Source: Aquificaceae bacterium (GTDB lineage Bacteria; Aquificota; Aquificia; Aquificales; Aquificaceae). From it: 37,544 bases of DNA. Positions 16,718 through 26,030 of the stretch are shown one piece after another. A program made the position numbers and the translations under genes. How positions within the stretch are numbered: the first letter of the stretch is position 1; each line of letters opens with the position of its first letter. A model generated the notes under the pieces. The model made no database searches and was not told where the DNA came from. It saw nothing but the letters and a program-made list of their open reading frames with translations. The stretch lies in contig JAXSMZ010000011.1 of NCBI GenBank assembly GCA_037924335.1, forward strand, positions 2,581-40,124, given 5' to 3'.

Positions 16718-17234
16718 TGATTAAGTTCTATCCACTTTTTTTCGCCTTTTTTGTACACTCTCTCTATCTTTTTGATTCTGAGTCTTCTTAGGTTTACATA
16801 AGCTTGGAAATCCTCTAAGAACCTTTTTAAATGTTCACAAGAATCAAAATAAAGAAGTTCATCCCCTTCTTTAGCAACGCAGTAATCATCCTCCTTTTTT
16901 ACAAAGGCACTACACACTGGACACCTTGTACCATCGGGTGGTTGAGGGGGTGGCAAAAACCTCTTTTCCCTTTTTTCCATAAAGGCATAAAAGGCTACAC
17001 TAAGCACAAGAATAAAGGCAAAGGATTCAAAGGCAAAAGAGTATTGAGTAGAAAAGGCTTTTGTAAAAAATTTATTACGGATGCAAATATACCGATAAGT
17101 GTGATACTGGCAACTATAAAGATATATCTGACGGGAATACCTTTAAAAACAAAGAGCAAGATAACACCAAAGCTGAGCATCTCAAAAACTCTTGATAGGA
17201 TAATAAGGATATGGGGAGCTACAGATGTATCCAT
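16714..17234 (-). CDS. Membrane protein with C-terminal YHS/TRASH-like metal-binding domain, split by a -1 frameshift near 17065-17070
   Basis: ORFs 16995-17234 and 16714-17007 join into one protein (…VINFFTKAFSTQYSFAFESFAFILVLSVAFY…CPVC…YFDSCEH) with a single -1 shift in a T6 run. Confidence 0.7.
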
Positions 17235-17411
17235 TTACTTTTTCTTTTCTGGAATTATGAAAGGTTTACTTCTTATGTTTTTCAATCTATCTATGAAGTA
17301 TTCTCTGTTCTTTTCTGAGAAGACCATGCTTAAAAATCCAAGCAAAAAGCCAGCCAATACTATCAACCCAAGCACTATCCCAAACAATTTGGTTTTTGTC
17401 TCTTCTCTCAT
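17235..17411 (-). CDS. Small single-TM hypothetical protein (58 aa; absent from ORF track)
   Basis: MREETKTKLFGIVLGLIVLAGFLLGFLSMVFSEKNREYFIDRLKNIRSKPFIIPEKKK. Its TAA abuts the next ATG. Confidence 0.75.
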   Translation of the reverse strand: MREETKTKLFGIVLGLIVLAGFLLGFLSMVFSEKNREYFIDRLKNIRSKPFIIPEKKK

Positions 17412-17419
17412 AGTTCTTT

Positions 17420-17440
17420 AAAAAGCCCCCAAAAGGGGGC
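17420..17440 (-). terminator. Rho-independent terminator after coxA
   Basis: GCCCCC-TTTT-GGGGGC hairpin followed by a T run on the minus strand, 7 nt after the stop. Confidence 0.8.
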
Positions 17441-17447
17441 ATATGTT

Positions 17448-19091
17448 TCATACATGGGTATGATAGCCCTTGTAGAAAGCGTATGGATGCCAATCCTCCG
17501 GAACTTCTACAGGTGTCTTTTTGAAGTTGTGTGGACCTACAGGTGTATCCGTCATAGACCATTCGAGGGATGGAGATTTCCATGGATTGTTCTCTGCCTT
17601 TGGACCACCAAGGCTCTTTATCCAGTTTATCAGAGAGAGAAGAACACCAACACCGAGTATAAGAGCCCCTACTGTTTGTATCTGATTCAATGTCACCCAT
17701 GCAGGTATGGGTGGATAATCGGCATACCTTCTCGGCTCTCCAAGGAAACCAACAGCCATCTGTAAGAAATAGAATATGTTAGCACCTATGAGCATAAGCC
17801 AGAAGCTCAGTTTCCCAAGTCCTTCTGAGTACATCCTCCCTGTAACCTTTGGATACCAGTAGTAAATACCACTGAAAGCGGCAAAGGTCAAAGCCATTCC
17901 AAGAACATAGTGAAAGTGCCCAACTATTGCCATAGAATCGGATATACCAAGGTCTATAGAAACCATTGCGTTTGGAATACCAGTAAGCCCACCTATAAGG
18001 AACATGAGTATTCCACCAAAGGTAAAGATCATGGGCGTGTTGTACCTTATAGCCGATTTGTGAAGTGTGGCAACCCAGTTAAATATCTTTATACCAGTAG
18101 GGACACCGACGAGCACAGTGGTATAAGAGAACAGTACCCTTGCCCAGTCTGGTACACCAGAAACAAACATATGATGTACCCATGTTTCAAAGCCTATTAA
18201 GGCTATGGCATATATAGCTATTGCCATGGATATGTATCCAAATATGGGTTTCCTTGCCATGGTTGCAATGACTTCTGAGAACACACCGAAGGCTGGAAGT
18301 ATCATGACGTACACAGCTGGGTGAGAGTAAAACCAGAAGATGTTTTGGTAGATAAGAGGGTCTCCCCCCAGAGCTGGGTTGAAGTAGTTCATGTGGAAGT
18401 ATTTATCAAGGAGAAGGAGGTTCACTGAACCAAGAAGAGCAGGAACTCCAAAGAGCTGTATGAGATTGGTAGCTAATATGGCATGAACAAAGAGGTTTAA
18501 GTTGGTCCATCCTATACCCTTTGCCCTCATCCTTATTATTGTTGTTATGAAGTTCACTGATCCAGCCGTTGCAGATACACCATAGAGGTTAACTATTAAC
18601 GAATAAAGCGCCGTAGGTCCTGCGTTATCGTTGAGCGAATATGGTGGATATCCTGTCCAAAGCATCTTTATCCAGTTTCCAGGTATAAGGGTAAGAAGGA
18701 CCAAAAGGCTTGCACCTAAAAATGCCCAGTAGCTGAAGGCGTTTAGCCTTGGGAAGGCAACATCCTTTGCCCCTATCATAAGGGGTACGAGAAAGTTAGA
18801 GAAGGCACCCGTCCATATAACAACGGCCCACCACAGGAGCATCACCGCACCATGCCCTGTAAGAAGGTAATTGTAAAGGTCTGCACCCTCCTGACCAAAG
18901 AGTGCCGGCATCTGTATACCTGGCTGTGTTAGCTCAAGCCTTATGAGCACGCCGAATAGTCCAGCAACAATAAAGAAGACAAGAGATGTTACAAAGTAGA
19001 GCATTCCTATCTTTTTGTGGTCAGTTGTAAAGATCCACTCCTTTAGAGTTGCTCCGTACCATGTTCCGCTTGGTGCATGTACTACAGCCAT
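17448..19091 (-). CDS. coxA: A-family (A2-type) cytochrome c oxidase subunit I
   Basis: TTDHKKIG, DVAFPRLN, WFYSHPAVY (YS motif of type A2), WVHHMF, HFHYV and PRRY. Confidence 0.96.
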   Translation of the reverse strand: MAVVHAPSGTWYGATLKEWIFTTDHKKIGMLYFVTSLVFFIVAGLFGVLIRLELTQPGIQMPALFGQEGADLYNYLLTGHGAVMLLWWAVVIWTGAFSNFLVPLMIGAKDVAFPRLNAFSYWAFLGASLLVLLTLIPGNWIKMLWTGYPPYSLNDNAGPTALYSLIVNLYGVSATAGSVNFITTIIRMRAKGIGWTNLNLFVHAILATNLIQLFGVPALLGSVNLLLLDKYFHMNYFNPALGGDPLIYQNIFWFYSHPAVYVMILPAFGVFSEVIATMARKPIFGYISMAIAIYAIALIGFETWVHHMFVSGVPDWARVLFSYTTVLVGVPTGIKIFNWVATLHKSAIRYNTPMIFTFGGILMFLIGGLTGIPNAMVSIDLGISDSMAIVGHFHYVLGMALTFAAFSGIYYWYPKVTGRMYSEGLGKLSFWLMLIGANIFYFLQMAVGFLGEPRRYADYPPIPAWVTLNQIQTVGALILGVGVLLSLINWIKSLGGPKAENNPWKSPSLEWSMTDTPVGPHNFKKTPVEVPEDWHPYAFYKGYHTHV

Positions 19092-19103
19092 GATTACACC
19101 TCC

Positions 19104-19829
19104 TTACTGTTGAATTGGTTGTTCTTTGGTTGCTCCAGAGCCAAGCCATGCGTTAAATTCAGACTCAGGAACAACCTTAAGAGTGGCAAACATACGAGAA
19201 TGCCATGTGCCGCAAAACTCCCTGCAGAGCACGTAGTACTCTCCTGGCTTGTTTATCTGAAACCAAAGATGGGTTATCCTACCTGGAACTGCGTCCTCAG
19301 TTATCATAGCTGGCAGTACAAAGAAGGAATGTATCACATCCCTTGACGTAAGTATAACTTTTATGGGTTTACCAGCAGGTATGTAAGCCTTTTGCTCTTC
19401 CGAAGCTGTGTATCCCTGTGGATTGAAGAAGGAGTAAACTTTCTTTCCGTTGGGATATTCAAACTCCCATCCCCACATGAAACCTACCACTTTTATCTCC
19501 ATGGATCCTTCTGGTGCATTTCTCTGTTTGACAAAGTTAGCAAAAGAGTACGTAGCCAAGAAAAGAACAAGAATCGTAGGAATAACAGTCCAGACAACTT
19601 CAACGGCTGTATTGCCCTCTATGTGCTCTCCCTCTTCGTGTACTCCAGCTCTGTACTTGTACTTGATCATAAAGTATATGGCGGGTATAGCAACGATTAT
19701 GTATATAGCAACAGCTACCGCGAGCCATACATTAAAAGAGTTCTCCCAGTAAGCCCTGGGATAAGCTAGCACTTCCTCTGAGAAGGCACTTCCTGCAATT
19801 AAAAACAAAAGAGCAAAGATATTTCTCAT
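19104..19829 (-). CDS. coxB: Cytochrome c oxidase subunit II
   Basis: EVVWTVIP, W.WEFEY, DVIHSF and CREFCGTWHSRM CuA site. Confidence 0.96.
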   Translation of the reverse strand: MRNIFALLFLIAGSAFSEEVLAYPRAYWENSFNVWLAVAVAIYIIVAIPAIYFMIKYKYRAGVHEEGEHIEGNTAVEVVWTVIPTILVLFLATYSFANFVKQRNAPEGSMEIKVVGFMWGWEFEYPNGKKVYSFFNPQGYTASEEQKAYIPAGKPIKVILTSRDVIHSFFVLPAMITEDAVPGRITHLWFQINKPGEYYVLCREFCGTWHSRMFATLKVVPESEFNAWLGSGATKEQPIQQ

Positions 19830-20599
19830 GTTTTGACCCCCTTTTTAGGTTTTAGAAAAGCATAAGCAAGGGTAAGACTTACAAGTCCAAAGCCCACAAG
19901 CCCAAAGAAAATGGTTGGATTCGTTCTGTACGTTCCAGTGTTTGGGTCGTACCTATAGCATGCCAGAAAGGCAAGGTCAACAAGAGAATTTTTTGTGACC
20001 TTTGAATCGTTTGCCTCTGCAAGAGCAAGGCTCATATCCCTCTCCTTTGGACTAATGCCGTAAATGTACCTTACTATCTCTCCCTTTGGTGATAGGAAAG
20101 TTACAACGTTTGGATGGACAAAAACTCTGTCCCTATGGGAGTAGAAGAATCTAAAACCTATGGAAGATGTGAGTCTCTTTATATCCTCCTCTTTCATTAT
20201 TCCAAAGGTCCAGTTGGGTGGAACGTCACCAATCTTAGATCTGAATGCCTTTAAACTTTCAAGGGTATCGTATCTATCAAAAGAAAGAACAAGCACTCTG
20301 TAGTCTCTGTTTATACTCCTTGAGGCCCTCAGAGTACCCCTTACCACAAGAGGACAGGCAGAATCGCACGTGTAGTAGGCAAGTATGAGAGCTGTAGGCT
20401 TTCCTTTTATAAACTCTCTGAGCTTGTGGCTCTTCCCTTGCTCATCGATGAAAGGAACGTCTGCCACGTAATTACCTAAATGCTTAGCCTCGTCTATCTT
20501 GAGTATGGAGGCATCGAAAAAGCTTGGACCTTCTTCACTCCTTATTCCTGGCATGCCATAGACAAGAGCAAAGAGGAAAAGGACAAGCAGTGTTAACAT
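19826..20599 (-). CDS. SCO family protein
   Basis: YYTCDSACP, FVHP, CYRYDP and C-terminal TM helix. Confidence 0.9.
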   Translation of the reverse strand: MLTLLVLFLFALVYGMPGIRSEEGPSFFDASILKIDEAKHLGNYVADVPFIDEQGKSHKLREFIKGKPTALILAYYTCDSACPLVVRGTLRASRSINRDYRVLVLSFDRYDTLESLKAFRSKIGDVPPNWTFGIMKEEDIKRLTSSIGFRFFYSHRDRVFVHPNVVTFLSPKGEIVRYIYGISPKERDMSLALAEANDSKVTKNSLVDLAFLACYRYDPNTGTYRTNPTIFFGLVGFGLVSLTLAYAFLKPKKGVKT

Positions 20600-20602
20600 A
20601 GC

Positions 20603-21379
20603 TTAAAAAGTTCCGTAGGAACCAACTATGTAAGCAGTACCAGCAACAAGCAGCCAAGCGATGTCTACAAAATGCCAGTAATAGCTTGCAGCTTTTATGG
20701 GTGTTATTTTACCTAAGGCTCTTGAGCTGTTGAGCAAAAGGACCAATTGCATGAGCACTCCAAGCAGGACGTGAGAAGCGTGAACTCCTGTCAACGAATA
20801 AAAACCAGTCCCATACATGTTGGAACTGAAGGTAAATCCCTTTTCCCACAGGTGCCTCCACTCAATGGCATGCAAGACAAGGAAGGCTGTTCCTAAAACC
20901 ATGGTAGCTATCAACCAGGTTCTATATCCGCCAAGGTCACCGTGCTCCAAAGAACCTTCTGCTTTGAGTATGGTAAAGCTGGATGCCCAAAGTATCAGGG
21001 TAAGGAGCCCAACTAAGGCAAGGTTCATCCCTCCTTCTGGTATCCATTTGGGCCATTCGCTTGCATGAGTAGCCCTTGCAGTCCAGAAAGCAGTGAACAA
21101 ACTGCCGAATATTATCACTTCAGCGAAGACGAACCATACTATACCCCAAAAACCAAGACCCTCGTCCTTCCCTTTGGAGAAGTACTCGTTAGCCCATCCA
21201 CCTATACCAACTGCCAAAAGAGCCAAGCCCAAGCCACCCGTCAAAACAGCAAGGAGGGGTATCTTCCATGCGAAGAAAGCTAAAAAAGCAACGGATAGAA
21301 AGAATACAGAAAGACCTGCAGGTAAGGACCACACGCTTACCTCATGATGTACTACATGGTGTGTTCCCTCGTGCGCCAT
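20603..21379 (-). CDS. coxC: Cytochrome c oxidase subunit III
   Basis: F.FAE...F, LTGVHASHV and YWHFVD. Start at MAHEG after AGGAGG. Confidence 0.94.
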   Translation of the reverse strand: MAHEGTHHVVHHEVSVWSLPAGLSVFFLSVAFLAFFAWKIPLLAVLTGGLGLALLAVGIGGWANEYFSKGKDEGLGFWGIVWFVFAEVIIFGSLFTAFWTARATHASEWPKWIPEGGMNLALVGLLTLILWASSFTILKAEGSLEHGDLGGYRTWLIATMVLGTAFLVLHAIEWRHLWEKGFTFSSNMYGTGFYSLTGVHASHVLLGVLMQLVLLLNSSRALGKITPIKAASYYWHFVDIAWLLVAGTAYIVGSYGTF

Positions 21380-21516
21380 CTTATCACCTCCTTTTAAATT
21401 ATGACCTATATAAATGATATATATCATTTTTCTTCACCTGTCAAGAGTTATCAATTGATAACATTTATTTATGAATAGGTTTCAAAATAAAATAGTTATA
21501 AAATCATTTTTATCCC

Positions 21517-22374
21517 TCAACCTCCCAGCAGTCTATCCAGAGCCACAACAAAGAAAAAAAGGATGCTTACAAAACCATTTACAGTGAAAAAGGCTTTGTT
21601 TATATTTGAAAGGTTTGATTTTCTCACAAGGTAATGTTCGTAAAAAAGAAGGCTTGCAAGGATAAAAAGCCCTATCATGTACACACTGCCAGCCTTGGAA
21701 GACAAAAAACCAACAGAGAGAAGGGATAAAAAGGTGATAACATGGAAGAGCCTGCTTATGATCAACGCTTTTCCTACACCAAACCTTGTTGGTATAGATT
21801 TAAGTCCCATGCTTCTGTCAAACTCATAGTCTTGAAGTGAATAGAGAACATCAAAACCAGCCACCCAAAAAGCCATGGCTGTACCCAAAAAAAGAGCTAC
21901 AAAGGATATTCTCTCGTTCAGAGCAACATCTACTCCCAAAGGTATGAGAAAGTAAACAGTTCCAAGGAAAAGATGGGGAAAGTAAGTAAACCTTTTAGAG
22001 TACGGATAGAGCCAGAGTAAGAATAGGACAACTGGTGATAGGAGCAGGGCGTAAAGATTTATGAAGTAAGTTGACAGAATGAAGATGAAAGAAGACAGAG
22101 CTATCAGGAGAAATATGTCTACTCTTGATACTCTGCCAGAGACATGTACCCAGTCTTTCGTTCTTGGGTTTTCTCTATCAAAGGGAAGGTCTATAAGTCT
22201 GTTTAGAGCCATGCCTGCAGTCCTTGCACTTATGAGGGCTATCAAAATCCAGAGAACCTTCCAGAAGGTGGGGAACGTCTCATAAAGCAACACCAAAGAT
22301 GCCAGAGCAAAAGGAAGGGCAAAGATAGTATGCTCAAACTTTACAAGCTCGGCGTAGTTTTTTATCCTCTGCAT
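21517..22374 (-). CDS. UbiA-family polyprenyltransferase (MqnP-like)
   Basis: KFEHTIFALPF, NRLID..FD..NPRT and GFD..Y..QD..FD motifs. The upstream ORF extension is antisense to hemH and was trimmed. Confidence 0.92.
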   Translation of the reverse strand: MQRIKNYAELVKFEHTIFALPFALASLVLLYETFPTFWKVLWILIALISARTAGMALNRLIDLPFDRENPRTKDWVHVSGRVSRVDIFLLIALSSFIFILSTYFINLYALLLSPVVLFLLWLYPYSKRFTYFPHLFLGTVYFLIPLGVDVALNERISFVALFLGTAMAFWVAGFDVLYSLQDYEFDRSMGLKSIPTRFGVGKALIISRLFHVITFLSLLSVGFLSSKAGSVYMIGLFILASLLFYEHYLVRKSNLSNINKAFFTVNGFVSILFFFVVALDRLLGG

Positions 22375-22386
22375 ATTTTTAAATGT

Positions 22387-23373
22387 ATGAAAAAAATAGG
22401 CGTTTTGCTTCTGAATATGGGCGGACCTGACAGCTTGGAAAGTGTACAACCCTTTCTTTACAACCTCTTTTCTGACCACGATATAGTACAGATACCGAGG
22501 ATCATTCAAAGACCAACGGCTTGGCTCATATCCCATCTGAGGACAAGAAAGACAAGGCATTACTACGAGGTTATGGGGGGGAAGTCTCCCCAGAGAGAGC
22601 AGACCCAAGAACAGGCAAGGAGACTTCAGGAACTGCTGGGAAAGGACTTTAAAGTTTCATTAGCCCTAAGGTACTGGCATCCCTTCACAGAGGAAGCCCT
22701 TATAAAACTCTTTGAAGATGATATACAGAATATTGTTTTGCTCCCCATGTATCCCCAGTACAGCAAGACTACCACTGGTTCTTCCTTCAGAGAGTTTGAC
22801 AGAGTTTTCAAAAACTTTCCTCAAGTACCCGTAATAAGAATAAGCTCCTATCATAACCATACCACATACATAAGAGCCATGGTGGAAAACATTAAGGAGA
22901 ATATCAAAGACCCCGAGGATTACTTTTTCCTCTTTACAGCTCACAGCCTGCCCGTTAGCGTCATAAAGTCTGGAGACCCATACAAAAAACAGACGGAAGA
23001 GACAGTAAGTCTCATAATGGAACACTTTCCCAACGTAAAGCACACCCTTGGCTATCAGAGTAAGATAGGTCCAGTAAAGTGGATTGAACCCTTCACGGAC
23101 AAACTTTTAAGAGACCTTTTAAAGTCCGGAGTTAAGAAGATAGCCCTTATCCCTGTGTCCTTTGTGTGTGAACACTCAGAAACCCTTTATGAGCTTGACC
23201 ATCTTTACGCAAGCCTGGCAGAAAGGATGGGAGTTGAAAGCTTTGTGAGAGTTCCAACATTGATGGATCATCCTACCTTTATCAACGCCTTAAAAGAACT
23301 TGTTCTTTACGCCGTGGATAATTTTAACAAAACTTTTCATGGGCATGGGTTCACTGAGATAAAAACCCTGTAG
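22387..23373 (+). CDS. hemH: Ferrochelatase
   Basis: GVLLLNMGGP, GGKSP, PMYPQYS, TAHSLP, YQSK.GP..W and EHSETLYELD. Confidence 0.97.
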   Translation: MKKIGVLLLNMGGPDSLESVQPFLYNLFSDHDIVQIPRIIQRPTAWLISHLRTRKTRHYYEVMGGKSPQREQTQEQARRLQELLGKDFKVSLALRYWHPFTEEALIKLFEDDIQNIVLLPMYPQYSKTTTGSSFREFDRVFKNFPQVPVIRISSYHNHTTYIRAMVENIKENIKDPEDYFFLFTAHSLPVSVIKSGDPYKKQTEETVSLIMEHFPNVKHTLGYQSKIGPVKWIEPFTDKLLRDLLKSGVKKIALIPVSFVCEHSETLYELDHLYASLAERMGVESFVRVPTLMDHPTFINALKELVLYAVDNFNKTFHGHGFTEIKTL

Positions 23374-25917
23374 GTAGTTACATCCTATCTCCCTTAGTAT
23401 CTCCATCTGTCTTTGGGTTTCAACGCCCTCTGCTATTGTCTCCGCCCCAATTAACCTAGCCAGTTCCGTTATAAAGATAACTAATTGCAAAACCTTATCG
23501 CTCTCCTCTATACTTTTTACAAAAGACTTGTCTATCTTTATGTAATCAAACGGAAGGTTTGAAAGGAGAGAGAGGGAAGAGTACTTTATCCCAAAATCAT
23601 CCAAAGTTATGGAAATACTATGCTCTCTGAGCTGGTGTATCAACCTTTTTACTTGCTCTACGTTCTCCATTAGGGTTTCTTCTGTGATCTCTATGTTTAT
23701 CAACCTTGGGTTTATGTTATATTCTTGGATATAACTCAATATCCTTTCTGCAAAATTTTCCTTATTAAGATGAGATGGAGAGAAGTTTATGGAAAGCTTT
23801 ATGTTTAAGTTATGCTCCTTGAAGAACTTCAAACAACTCTCAACCACCCAATCTTCCATATCGAATATAAGCCCTTTACTTTCAAGCAAGGGTATAAACA
23901 CATATGGCTCAACCATACCAAACACAGGTGAATTCCACCTCAGGAGCTCCTCTACGCCAACCAAACTGAAGTCGCTTGACCTGTAGTAAGGCTGAAAGTA
24001 GACCAAAAACTCCCTATTTTTCAACGCATCAGAAAGGTGAGCCAGCATTCTGGCTTTTTTCAAAAACTCTTCCTCTTTAGCCCTGTTGTAGAAGGCTACA
24101 GAACCACGGGGTCCCTTCTTTGCTTCCCGGAGCGCATATATGGCTTTTTGGATGAGCTCTTCCGCATCTGTGGCATCGTTAGGGTAGATAGAAACACCCA
24201 TCATTAAGTCCAGCTTTATTGATAGTCCATCTGTTCTTACATGAGTGACTTTATCAATATAGCTTATAAGGTTGTATAAATTGGCAGGGTCCTCAAGTTC
24301 CTTAAAAACTAAAAATTCATCGTCCCCATACCGTCCACAAAAGCCAGGAATTTCAGAGAGTCCTTTTGCAAAGGATATAAGAACTTTATCCCCAACAGCC
24401 TGTCCGTATAAGGAATTTATAGAGTTAAAATCGTGTATATCCAAAGAGATGACAACAACACTTTTTCCAGAATTTAAAGCATCTTCAAGTTTCTTTGTAA
24501 AGTAGATTCTGTTAGGAATGTTTGTAAGTAGGTCATAGTTCATAAGCTTAAAGAGCTTGTTCTGTAAATCTCTCATTTCTGTTATGTCGCTTCCTACTGA
24601 TAAAAAGTTTGTTATGTTTCCGTGCTCATCCTTTATAGGTACAATAGTTTGATCAACGTAAAATAGGCTACCATCTTTTCTTCTGTTTATAAAAACAGCA
24701 TGAAAGTCTTCACCTGAGAGTATGGTCTTCCATAAATCCTCGTAGAACTCCTTAGGATGTAAACTAGACTTCCACAGAGATGGCTTTTTACCTATTATCT
24801 CCTCCTTTTTGTATCCTGACATTTCTTCTACCGCAGGGTTTGAATACTCTATAAGTCCCTCCTTATCTGTTATAAGAATCCACTCACTGCCTTGCTCTAT
24901 AGCGGTGTAAAGCAACTTTTCTTTTTTTTTGACCTCTAGATATTCTAAGCTAAAAGATAGGTTTTCTCCTAACCTTTCTATCAGCTTTAGGACTTCATCT
25001 GTAAAAAACCCCTTCTCAGAATGGTAAAAGTTAATGGTCCCAATCACTTTATTCCTTAATCTTATTGGATAGGCACAGCTCGATAGATAACCTCTTTTTA
25101 ACATCTCTTTACGGAATGGAAGAAGCTCTGGATTTGTTTCAGTATCGTTGTTCACCTGAACTTTACCTTCTATTATGGCGCGCCCAGATGGACCTTTGGA
25201 AAGCCTTTCGTCGTATATGTTTAGTTTAAGCCAATCGAGATAGCCCTCCACCTGACCAGCACTACAAACTGGCTTAAGGTCCCCCTGACTATCAACAAGC
25301 CCTATCCACACCATCCTAAAAACTCCCTCATCCACTCCTATACGGCACACCAAGCTAAAAGCCTCTTCTTTACTTTGGACTCTTTGCAGAGCATTCTCGA
25401 TGGAACTTAAAATTTGGAACATACTGGTGAAAAACTTCTTTCTTTGAATTTCATAAATCAGGGATAAAAGGCTTGCAGAGTACATAGGTAAGAATGTATC
25501 AAGCCTTTCTTTGCTAACAAACTCGTAAAGGAGAAATCCAACTATCTTACCTTCATGAGAAACTGCAACGCCGATGACAGAGCTTGTACCCACAAACTTC
25601 AAGTAATCTACCATGCATCCTTTTAGCCTCTCATCCTGTTCAACGCTTGAACTCTCAAATAAAAGCTTATCCTCCAAGGCTCTCAGATAACCTGCACACT
25701 CCTCCCTATTGAGGATAAGACCACCTATAAAGCTTTTTTCACTTCTTATGTACATATGCTCACAAAACACGCTATCATTCTTTAGAAGCCATAGGCTCGC
25801 TCTTTCAGCCTTTAAAGCCTCTGCAGAAACCCTCAGAATATGCTTAATAGCCTTCTCAAATTCAAGTTGGACACCGGCATAGAGGTCTTTAAATATGCTT
25901 TGCGTACTCAAACCCAA
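23290..25917 (-). CDS. GAF-GAF-PAS-GGDEF-EAL c-di-GMP signalling protein
   Basis: Two GAF-like regions, PAS (NPA.E.MSGY..EEIIG), D.LT.IPNR, RYGDDEF, EELLRW, DDFG..YSS, KIDKSF and AEGVE. Confidence 0.93.
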   Translation of the reverse strand: MGLSTQSIFKDLYAGVQLEFEKAIKHILRVSAEALKAERASLWLLKNDSVFCEHMYIRSEKSFIGGLILNREECAGYLRALEDKLLFESSSVEQDERLKGCMVDYLKFVGTSSVIGVAVSHEGKIVGFLLYEFVSKERLDTFLPMYSASLLSLIYEIQRKKFFTSMFQILSSIENALQRVQSKEEAFSLVCRIGVDEGVFRMVWIGLVDSQGDLKPVCSAGQVEGYLDWLKLNIYDERLSKGPSGRAIIEGKVQVNNDTETNPELLPFRKEMLKRGYLSSCAYPIRLRNKVIGTINFYHSEKGFFTDEVLKLIERLGENLSFSLEYLEVKKKEKLLYTAIEQGSEWILITDKEGLIEYSNPAVEEMSGYKKEEIIGKKPSLWKSSLHPKEFYEDLWKTILSGEDFHAVFINRRKDGSLFYVDQTIVPIKDEHGNITNFLSVGSDITEMRDLQNKLFKLMNYDLLTNIPNRIYFTKKLEDALNSGKSVVVISLDIHDFNSINSLYGQAVGDKVLISFAKGLSEIPGFCGRYGDDEFLVFKELEDPANLYNLISYIDKVTHVRTDGLSIKLDLMMGVSIYPNDATDAEELIQKAIYALREAKKGPRGSVAFYNRAKEEEFLKKARMLAHLSDALKNREFLVYFQPYYRSSDFSLVGVEELLRWNSPVFGMVEPYVFIPLLESKGLIFDMEDWVVESCLKFFKEHNLNIKLSINFSPSHLNKENFAERILSYIQEYNINPRLINIEITEETLMENVEQVKRLIHQLREHSISITLDDFGIKYSSLSLLSNLPFDYIKIDKSFVKSIEESDKVLQLVIFITELARLIGAETIAEGVETQRQMEILREIGCNYLQGFYLSEPMPMKSFVKIIHGVKNKFF

Positions 25918-26030
25918 CCCTCAACGACTAAAAATAATACTTTTTCGTTTAATGATCAAGTAATAAAAATTGATTTATCGATATTTTGATCATTTTTAAT
26001 TTATCAGAAATTATACAAAGAGGACTTGAT

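Noticed and set aside
16831..17700. 196-aa plus-strand ORF (16831-17421) and 137-aa minus-strand ORF (17287-17700)
   Set aside because: Shadows or alternate frames of the better supported minus-strand genes. The second crosses a terminator.
22375..22608. N-terminal extensions making mqnP and hemH overlap head to head
   Set aside because: Family motifs begin at ATG 22374 and ATG 22387. The extensions are antisense read-through.
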